Assembly (NCBI RefSeq): GCF_000196555.1
Contig: NC_015067.1
Coordinates: 1,770,001 to 1,802,000, forward strand
DNA from: Bifidobacterium longum subsp. longum JCM 1217
Lineage (GTDB): Bacteria > Actinomycetota > Actinomycetes > Actinomycetales > Bifidobacteriaceae
Direction: 5' to 3'
DNA: 32,000 nucleotides
The stretch's first letter is position 1. Every line of letters begins with the position of its first letter. A model generated the notes under the pieces. The model did no database searches and had not been told where the DNA came from. It was given only the letters and a program-made list of their open reading frames with translations. Positions 26,101 through 32,000 of the stretch are shown here, piece by piece. A program made the position numbers and the translations under genes.

Positions 26101-27959
26101 CGTTCACCGCGGACGGCGGCGAGGCCGACGCGCCGGACGGCGTCGCGTTCGCCTTCAAGGACGGCGGCGATGAGGGCGAGGCCTCGCCCGTCATCGACGC
26201 GTCCACCGGCGCCGTCACCTTCACGCCCGCCGCCGGACAGTACGGCGCGACCGTCACCCGCACCGTCGTCGTCACGTACGCGGACGGTTCGAGCGACGAG
26301 ACGACCGTCACGTTCCGTGTCGCGCAATCGCACGCGCAGCGTCTCAACGTGCTGTACCCGACCGTGCGCGGCGACGCCGGCACGGACCTGAAGCGCACGC
26401 CGAAGTTCACGCTGAAGGCGGACGGCGCGGCCGCGTCTGTGCCGGAAGGCACGACGTTCGCGCTCGGCGCGAACGCGCCGGCCGGCGCGAGTGTCGACAT
26501 GGCGAACGGCACGGTCACGCTGAACAGCGGGGTCGGCGGCACCGTCACCGTGCCCGTCACGGTGACGTTCGCCGACGACGGCGCCAGCGTCTCCTCCACC
26601 GCCCGCTTCGAGGTGACCGCGCCCGCCGCGCTCGGCTCGTCCGAGTTGGAGACCGCGACTGTCGACGGTGTGAACGTCGTCTACGCGCCGTTCTCCGCCG
26701 ACAGTCCGATGACCGTCGCGCAGCTGCTCGCCAAGGTGACGGCCGAACCGTCCGGCGCCGATAAGGGCGTGTACCGTGACGGCGTGCGGTTGGAGGCCGG
26801 CGCAGAACTCGCCGAGAACGACGTGCTCCGCTTCTCCGCGAAAGGTTCCACCGTGTCCGACGACTACGTGGTGAAGTCGAAGACCACGTGGGATTGGGTG
26901 AACGACTTCCAGGTGCGCGTGCAGGGTCCGATCTGGTACGGGCAGCGTCAGACCGAGGCCGACGGCGTGTGGTCGGATATCGCCGACTTCGACGCGACGT
27001 ATCCGAACTGGATGTACGAGACCTACTACGGTCCGGGCGTGGACTACGCGAACCACAGCCTGCCCACCGACCGCTCCGCCATCCATGGCCTGATCAGCGA
27101 TTCGCCCGCGTCCGCTGGTGGCTCCGCCATGGCGTGGAAGGCGCCGAAGGCCGGCACGGTGAAGGTGTCCATCCGCGAGGACGAGCCGTACCTGCGCCAG
27201 GACGGCAGCAACGGCAAGGCGTTGACGCTTCGTCTCATGCACGACGACAAGGTGGTGTGCTTCGCCGACCTGACCGTCTCCAAGCAGCGTTCCGAGGAGT
27301 TCGCCAACTGCGTCGCCGACAAGGGCGAGATCGCGGTCGAGGCGGGCGATTGGATCCGCGTCACCGCGACGTCCGCGTCCGGCATGAACAAGCCGTCCGC
27401 GCACATCTCCCCGGTCATCGCCTACATGGCCGCCTCCACGCCGGGCCCCGAACCCGTTCCGGTGGACAAGTCCACGCTGAAGGCCACGGTCGAGGAGGCT
27501 CTGGGATTGGCCGAGTCGGACTACACGGATGAGTCGTGGGCCGCGCTCGTCGCCGCGCGCGACGCCGCGCAGACCGTGCTGGACGACGATGCCGCCACCG
27601 CCGAACAGGTCGAGACCGCGCAGAACGCACTGCGTGACGCCATCGACGGATTGGAGAAGAAGCCGGTCGATCCGGACCCGAACCCGAAACCGGATCCGAA
27701 CCCCGATCCCGATCCGACGCCCGACCCGGACCCCGACCCCGGCCCCGACACCAAGCCGGGTGACGGTTCCGGCAACGGTTCCGGCACGGGCAACGGTTCC
27801 GGTTCCGGCAACGGTTCCACCGGTTCCGGCAGCGACGGCGCGACCACCGGCGGCAAGCTGACCGCCACCGGCGCCGACGTGGCCGGCGCGGCCGCGATGG
27901 TCGCGCTGACCGCGGCCGCCGGCATCGGACTGGCCGCCGCGGCCCGTCGCCGCAGGTGA
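23160..27959 (+). CDS. large secreted, wall-anchored right-handed beta-helix protein (probable glycan-active enzyme or adhesin)
   Basis: GAAAGGAAGGAAAG lies upstream of the ATG at 23160. Sec signal MTSRQGRQAIAATAAMGVAVALALPTAAFA/QS. N-terminal beta-helix start TTYYVSSAHGDDANAGTSENAPWKSL, then many NN/ND-rich coils to about ORF-track residue 735. There follow two copies of an unknown ~260-300-aa module, two Rib-like Ig repeats, a FIVAR-like three-helix segment and a PD/GS-rich linker. C-terminal LTATG plus hydrophobic stretch plus RRRR. Confidence 0.88.
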   Translation: MTSRQGRQAIAATAAMGVAVALALPTAAFAQSATQGKETATTTSSGTTYYVSSAHGDDANAGTSENAPWKSLTKVNDIASDLGPGDSVLLEYGSEFNDQYLHIKDTAGNADAPITISAYGDADEGKPVIASNGVKGSQWEQDYRANVGNHKNKGTVSTTLLLKDVSYITVSNLEITNDDADVYDPIDTWKWTDTPDSDGTKLDRSASRMDRTGVAGIAENGATMSNVTLDNLYIHDVDGNIYNKHMANGGIYFMAHYPMENTSAETDVWLREHVSRFDHVTIRNSTVKDVDRWGIAVGYTAYLNYIDANYGDGSIDDALIAKYGSTNVRIENNYVKGAGGDAITLMYCDRPVIEHNVGDSVSKHINTQDYTQPGSYGGRVAAGIWPWRCKDPVFQYNEMYNNLNAEHGNGDGQAWDADYGDGTLYQYNYSYGNSFASLMICNWYAVNTTFRYNISQNDRQGVFDLPSNGPGNHIYNNTVYVDADSQVLTKRSNSQSLFENNIFINATNTKKTETWNRGSQNGGQTYDNNMYVNYANKPTSDANAIEADDVSAVLAGAGSAPTSALKSGAEHARTGEKAAFDGYRPVAGSKAINAGKVVSDLNDYAVENDFLGNAVKGRPDLGAVESDVVSVTMASSKYETGTETDSGTGDKTKVIHVTFTDKNPVTVKELLSNVSADKGVDKAVYRVADAKSGKSADARSAESEPNMLDRLLSLLPGSDRNAKDDETKLADSEPVRDGDILRFSAEGTDETDEYTIRQRITWDWVADYEQGVADFDWKAQRRTSAGGEWTTISAYDGSWPNTVYDQYYGVGVNGTLAELSGDRKQTHGLLIDKPGDGLPTAMAWKAPESGTVMLSLKTFADKIAEPYLRQNADNAGKKVTLSLMRNDETLCSADDLSVYQKSSEQFAQCLAEHGSIDVQEGDWIRIVADAETGVKAPSLHISPVITYEDKAPAAPKQNVRYDVSYAATDAVVGTQSAVAAAFTADGGEADAPDGVAFAFKDGGDEGEASPVIDASTGAVTFTPAAGQYGATVTRTVVVTYADGSSDETTVTFRVAQSHAQRLNVLYPTVRGDAGTDLKRTPKFTLKADGAAASVPEGTTFALGANAPAGASVDMANGTVTLNSGVGGTVTVPVTVTFADDGASVSSTARFEVTAPAALGSSELETATVDGVNVVYAPFSADSPMTVAQLLAKVTAEPSGADKGVYRDGVRLEAGAELAENDVLRFSAKGSTVSDDYVVKSKTTWDWVNDFQVRVQGPIWYGQRQTEADGVWSDIADFDATYPNWMYETYYGPGVDYANHSLPTDRSAIHGLISDSPASAGGSAMAWKAPKAGTVKVSIREDEPYLRQDGSNGKALTLRLMHDDKVVCFADLTVSKQRSEEFANCVADKGEIAVEAGDWIRVTATSASGMNKPSAHISPVIAYMAASTPGPEPVPVDKSTLKATVEEALGLAESDYTDESWAALVAARDAAQTVLDDDAATAEQVETAQNALRDAIDGLEKKPVDPDPNPKPDPNPDPDPTPDPDPDPGPDTKPGDGSGNGSGTGNGSGSGNGSTGSGSDGATTGGKLTATGADVAGAAAMVALTAAAGIGLAAAARRRR

Positions 27960-27962
27960 CCG

Positions 27963-28805
27963 ATGCCACGTAGGCACCGGTTCGCCGCCGCCATCGCCGC
28001 AGTCGCGGTGGCGGCGGTCCTGCTCGTCACATTGACCGTCGCCGTCGTCACGCACGGCGACGGCGCCTTCGCGCCCGCAGGCACGCCTGCGGGCGCGGGC
28101 GCATCCGCCGGCATCGGCTCCGATACCGGCTCCAATGCAAGCGAGGATTCCGACATGTTCCCCACCATCGTCTTCGGCGACACCGTCATCGAACGCAAGG
28201 AGTACGTCGCGGCGCTCAAGGCGCAACACGGCGCGGCGCGGCTGTACTTTCGGCAGACGTACGGCGTCGACCCGGCCGAGGACGGCTGGGATAAGGCGCA
28301 CGACGGCGAGGTCCCGTGCCGTTGGCTCGCGAGCCGTGCCATCGACGAACTGCGACGTCGGCACGCCGCGTACCTCATCGGCGTGGATCTCGGGCAGGTG
28401 GCCGACGACTCCTATGCGAGCATCGTCGCGCGCATGGAGGCCGTGAACAGCGGCAACGCGGAACTGAAATCGGACGGCGGCATCGTCTACGGCCGTACCG
28501 GCTTCGACATCGACAGCTACCTGAGCTACGAACTGTCCGCGTTGAAGAACGCCTATACGGGCGACGAGTCGAACCCCGGCATGAGCCTGTCCGACGACGA
28601 GGTGCGACGCTACTACGACGAGCACGACTGGACAAAGGACGGCGTCGACGGGAAGACTCCGCTGGACGAGGTGCGCGGCAACGTGAAGGCGCAGATGCGG
28701 TCGGAACGTTACGACGAGCTCGTGAGCCAGCGCGCCGAAGCGATCGACGTGACCGACCTGCCATGGGACGCGCTGTACCGGTTCACGGCAGGCAGGCTCG
28801 GGTAG
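27963..28805 (+). CDS. membrane-anchored extracytoplasmic protein, PrsA/SurA-N-like chaperone motif (no PPIase domain seen)
   Basis: ATG is 3 nt after the stop of the surface-protein gene. N-terminal RRHR plus TM FAAAIAAVAVAAVLLVTLTVAVV. C-terminal LSDDEVRRYYDEHDW...PLDEVRGNVKAQMRSERYDELV resembles the motif found in PrsA/SurA-N type chaperones. Confidence 0.6.
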   Translation: MPRRHRFAAAIAAVAVAAVLLVTLTVAVVTHGDGAFAPAGTPAGAGASAGIGSDTGSNASEDSDMFPTIVFGDTVIERKEYVAALKAQHGAARLYFRQTYGVDPAEDGWDKAHDGEVPCRWLASRAIDELRRRHAAYLIGVDLGQVADDSYASIVARMEAVNSGNAELKSDGGIVYGRTGFDIDSYLSYELSALKNAYTGDESNPGMSLSDDEVRRYYDEHDWTKDGVDGKTPLDEVRGNVKAQMRSERYDELVSQRAEAIDVTDLPWDALYRFTAGRLG

Positions 28806-28847
28806 GACGGGTGTGACCGGTGCCGGCCGAAAAGCACCAGAACGAAT

Positions 28848-28922
28848 AAGGCGGGTGTCCCGTTCCATACGGAATGGGACACCCGCCTTGTCGTAGGCCG
28901 CAGACCGGTTTGCCCGGTCTGC
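28848..28922. terminator. two tandem hairpins between convergent genes (bidirectional terminator region)
   Basis: Hairpin 1, 28848-28889: AAGGCGGGTGTCCCGTTCC / ATAC / GGAATGGGACACCCGCCTT (19 bp, one G-T). Hairpin 2, 28900-28922: GCAGACCGG / TTTGC / CCGGTCTGC (9 bp perfect). Confidence 0.75.
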
Positions 28923-28967
28923 GCCGGTCTGGTGCCGACCGGGCGTCGGTTGGACGTCGGTTTGAGG

Positions 28968-31900
28968 TCAGTCGGCGGCAGTGAAGCCCTGCGGCTCGTC
29001 GCCGTCGGCGAACTTCGCCTTGTGCGCCTTCTTCGCGGCCGCGATCATCAGCTTGATGCGGTTGAGCTGGTTCGCCTCGGAGGCGCCCGGATCGTAGTCG
29101 ATGGACACGATGTTGGCCTCCGGGTGCAGGCGGCGGATCTTGCCGAACATGCCGCGGCCGGTCACATGGTTCGGCAGGCAGGCGAACGGCTGCGCGCAGA
29201 TCACGTTCGGGCATCCCTGTTCGATAAGCTCGAGGATCTCGGCGGTGAGCAGCCAGCCTTCGCCGGCCTGCACGCCGATCGACGTGACCTCGGCAGCCTT
29301 CTCGACGAGTTCGGGCATCGGATCGTCTTGCTTGAACTTGCCGTGAGAGGTGGCGATGGCCGCCTTGATCGGCGCGTTGTAGCGGTCGAGGCTCCAACGC
29401 ATGAGCGCGTACAACGTCTTGTTGCCGCCGGTGCCGAGATACTTCTCGTTCCAGTCGGTGATGTACGGGCGCGTGGTCATGAACTCCATGATGCCGGGCA
29501 CCACGGCCTCGCAATCCTGCGATTCGATGACGTCGACGACATGGTTGTTCGCATCCGGCTGGTATTTGACGAGGATCTCGCCGACCACGCCGACGCGCAC
29601 CTTGCGCGGCACGTCCTTCAACGGCAGAGCGTCGAAGCTCTTCACGATCTCTCGGGCGAGCACGGGGTACGGCAGGTAGCGGCGCTTGAGCCACGGGGTC
29701 TTCGCGGCCGTCTTCGAGAAGCCGTGGTGTTCGAGCGCCTCGCGCACGATCACGTCCCACTGCTCGTACAGGCGGTTCGCCGCGCCCTTCTCCACCTCGT
29801 ACGGGCGCACGCGGTACAGGCACTTCATGAGCAGGTCGCCGAGGATCAGCGCCTTGACGGTGCGGTGCAGCAGCGCGGGCGTCACCTTGAAGCCCGGATT
29901 GTCCTCCAGGCCCTGCGTGGAGATCGCGATGACCGGGATCTGCGGGTAACCCGCGTCGATCAGGGCCTTGCGGATCAGGCCGAAGTAGTTGGTGGCTCGG
30001 CACATGCCGCCGGTCTGCGTAATCGCGAGACACACCTTGTCTGGATCGTATTTGCCTTCGAGAATCGCGTCGATGAGCTGTCCGATGACCATGATGGCCG
30101 GATAGCAGGCGTCGTTGTTCACGTATTTGAGGCCAGTCTCCACGTCTTCGCGCGAGGCGTGCTTGAGGATGTCGAACTTGTAGCCGCCGGAGCGGATCAC
30201 CGATTCGACGAGGGAGAAGTGGATCGGGCTCATCTGCGGGGCGACGATCGTGTAGTCCTTCTTCATGTCCTTGACGAACTTCTCACGGTGCGCGTAACGG
30301 GACATGGTCGCGTTGTTGTGGCCGGACTTCGACTTCGCGGACTTCGACTTGGCGTTCGCGGCATCGTTCGTGGTGCCGTCGCCGAGCGCGGCGAGACGCA
30401 CATCGGCGATGTCGCGCTTCGCGGCGCGCTTGGACGCGTCGCGCATCGCCTTGGTGAGCTTCGGGTTCGCGGCCATCGTCGCGTCGAGCAGGACCTGACG
30501 GCCCGGCGTGGGCGCCTTGGAGCCGGTCTTGCGGAATCCGGTGGACTTCGGCGCGTTCGCGGGGGCGGCGGCGTCGCTGCCGGCATCGGCCGCGTCCACG
30601 GGCCTGTCGGCGGCCTTAACCTTCGCTTCGGCGGCGGCGACGGCGGCCTGCGCTTCGGCGAGCGCGGCCTGCGCGGTGGCGAGATCGGATTCGGCCTGCT
30701 CCTGCGCCTTGCGGGCGGCGGCCTGCGCGGCGGCGTGAGCCGCGTTGCGCGGGGCGTCGGACTCGGCGGAACCGGACTCGTCGGACGTGGCGAGCGCGGC
30801 CTTGGCCATGCGCGCCTTGTTCGCCTCGCGTTCCTCGACGGCGGCCTTGAGCGAGCGCAGGCGGATCTTCGCCGCGCCGAGGTTGGAGACCTCGTCGATC
30901 TTGAGCAGCGTGTACACGTCGGCCTTGTCGGCGAGGATCTCGGCCACCTGGTCGGTGGTGATGGCGTCGAGGCCGCAGCCGAACGAGTTGAGCTGCACGA
31001 GTTCGAGGCCCGGATAGGAGGCGACGAAGTGCGCGGCCGCGTAGAGGCGCGAATGGTAGGCCCACTGGTTGGTGACGCGCAACGGCATGCGGTTGACGGT
31101 GACCTTGCGGTCGTCGACGTGGCGGAATCCGTTCGCGTTCTTCTTGCGCGGGTCCTCTTCGCCTTCGGACAGGAAGTCGGTCAGGTCGAGCTTCTCCCCC
31201 GGCTGCAGTTCGCAGATCGAATCCTCGGAGAGGACGACCATGCCGAGCGCGCAGATGGTTTCGGGGATGCCGTGGTTGATTTCCGGGTCGATGTGGTAGG
31301 GGCGTCCGGCAAGCACGATGCCGCGGCAGTCGTGCTCCTTCATGTAGGCGAGGGCTTTGAGGCCTTCCTGCTGGACGTCGTGTTTGAAGACCTTGTCTTC
31401 GGCGTAGGCGGCCTTGACAGCAGTTTCGGCCTCTTCGCGGCTGACGCTCGCCCATGCGAACTCCTCGACGATACGGTCGACCATGAGCTCGTGGTTGGCG
31501 AGGTTGAAGTACGGGTGCATGTAGCGCACGTCGGGGTCACGCAGTTCGGGCATGTTCGCGCCGACGACGAGCGGATAGTTGGCGACGACCGGGCAGTTGT
31601 AGTGGTTGTCCGTGTTGGGCACGAGGTTGTCCTCGTAACTGACGCACGGGTAGAAGATCGTCTTCATGCCCTTGTTGAGAAGCCATTTGATGTGGCCGTG
31701 CACGAGCTTGGCCGGGTAGCAGATGTTCTCGGAGGCGATCGATTCGATGCCGGTTTCGAACAGTTCGTGGCTGGAACGGCCGGAGATCATCACCTTGAAG
31801 CCCAGCGAGGTGAGCAGCGTGAACCAGAACGGGTAGTTCTCGTACATGTTGAGGGCGCGCGGGATGCCGATTTCGCCTCGGGTGGCGTTCTTGTCGGTGA

Positions 31901-32000
31901 GGCGGCGGTAGGCGAAGCAACGCTTGTACTTGTAGTCGTACAGGTTCGGACGGTCGGAGCGTTTCTTCTTGGCGTCGCCGCCGCGTTCGCAGCGGTTGCC
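28968..32000 (-). CDS. BcrAD/BadFG/HgdC-type activase-related giant protein, C-terminal ~1010 aa (5' end outside window)
   Basis: The frame stays open upstream of the listed Met to the window edge (...RCFAYRRLTDKNATRGEIGIPRALNMYENYPFWFTLLTSLGF). IGIPRALNMYENYPFW and ENICYPAKLVHGH are characteristic of the 'CoA-substrate-specific enzyme activase' fusion family (YjiL/YjiM-like). The second half is 2-hydroxyacyl-CoA dehydratase-like (NNDACYPAI, TQTGGMCRATNY). Confidence 0.85.
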   Translation of the reverse strand, partial: GNRCERGGDAKKKRSDRPNLYDYKYKRCFAYRRLTDKNATRGEIGIPRALNMYENYPFWFTLLTSLGFKVMISGRSSHELFETGIESIASENICYPAKLVHGHIKWLLNKGMKTIFYPCVSYEDNLVPNTDNHYNCPVVANYPLVVGANMPELRDPDVRYMHPYFNLANHELMVDRIVEEFAWASVSREEAETAVKAAYAEDKVFKHDVQQEGLKALAYMKEHDCRGIVLAGRPYHIDPEINHGIPETICALGMVVLSEDSICELQPGEKLDLTDFLSEGEEDPRKKNANGFRHVDDRKVTVNRMPLRVTNQWAYHSRLYAAAHFVASYPGLELVQLNSFGCGLDAITTDQVAEILADKADVYTLLKIDEVSNLGAAKIRLRSLKAAVEEREANKARMAKAALATSDESGSAESDAPRNAAHAAAQAAARKAQEQAESDLATAQAALAEAQAAVAAAEAKVKAADRPVDAADAGSDAAAPANAPKSTGFRKTGSKAPTPGRQVLLDATMAANPKLTKAMRDASKRAAKRDIADVRLAALGDGTTNDAANAKSKSAKSKSGHNNATMSRYAHREKFVKDMKKDYTIVAPQMSPIHFSLVESVIRSGGYKFDILKHASREDVETGLKYVNNDACYPAIMVIGQLIDAILEGKYDPDKVCLAITQTGGMCRATNYFGLIRKALIDAGYPQIPVIAISTQGLEDNPGFKVTPALLHRTVKALILGDLLMKCLYRVRPYEVEKGAANRLYEQWDVIVREALEHHGFSKTAAKTPWLKRRYLPYPVLAREIVKSFDALPLKDVPRKVRVGVVGEILVKYQPDANNHVVDVIESQDCEAVVPGIMEFMTTRPYITDWNEKYLGTGGNKTLYALMRWSLDRYNAPIKAAIATSHGKFKQDDPMPELVEKAAEVTSIGVQAGEGWLLTAEILELIEQGCPNVICAQPFACLPNHVTGRGMFGKIRRLHPEANIVSIDYDPGASEANQLNRIKLMIAAAKKAHKAKFADGDEPQGFTAAD

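Noticed and set aside
27660-27840. Short hexamer DNA repeats (CCGGAC/CCGAAC/CCCGAT and GGTTCCGGCAAC) that could be mistaken for a repeat array.
   Set aside because: They are in frame inside the surface-protein CDS and encode the PD-rich and GS/GN-rich stalk. They lack the unique spacers and unit length of a CRISPR array.

Overview
High-GC (~60%) actinobacterial sequence whose gene content and protein sequences look Bifidobacterium-like. It is a saccharolytic/accessory locus, almost all on the minus strand. Order of content: (1) 3' part of a GH2 beta-galactosidase, convergent with a LacI regulator. (2) A LacI-controlled minus-strand operon: GNAT, nucleoside hydrolase, DcuC-family carrier, ribokinase, small unknown ORF. 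(3) A marR plus heterodimeric ABC exporter operon with ATGA-overlapping genes. (4) A decayed glycosidase region from about 13.9 to 21.3 kb. It holds a GH3 gene that has lost its catalytic N-terminal half and a ~600-bp block carrying a hairpin-dense RNA-like segment, an intrinsic terminator and a low-GC small SD-equipped ORF. It also holds an intact GH5 gene, a MntA/HepT (MNT/HEPN) toxin-antitoxin pair, an mgtC-like stub, an intact GH3 beta-glucosidase and a GH30 C-terminal stub. (5) A glutamate-cysteine ligase. (6) A 565-nt, extremely T-poor A/C-rich divergent intergenic region. (7) A ~1600-aa wall-anchored beta-helix surface protein with an internally duplicated unknown module, followed 3 nt later by a membrane-anchored chaperone-like ORF. 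(8) The 3' two-thirds of a giant BcrAD/HgdC activase-related gene that runs off the window. I saw no rRNA, tRNA, CRISPR array, transposase or integrase. The long ORFs antisense to real genes are high-GC shadow ORFs. The best candidate for something undescribed is the structured-RNA/terminator/small-ORF block at 15.5-16.1 kb that replaces the front of the GH3 gene. All family assignments come from motifs I recognise by eye; no database search was run.
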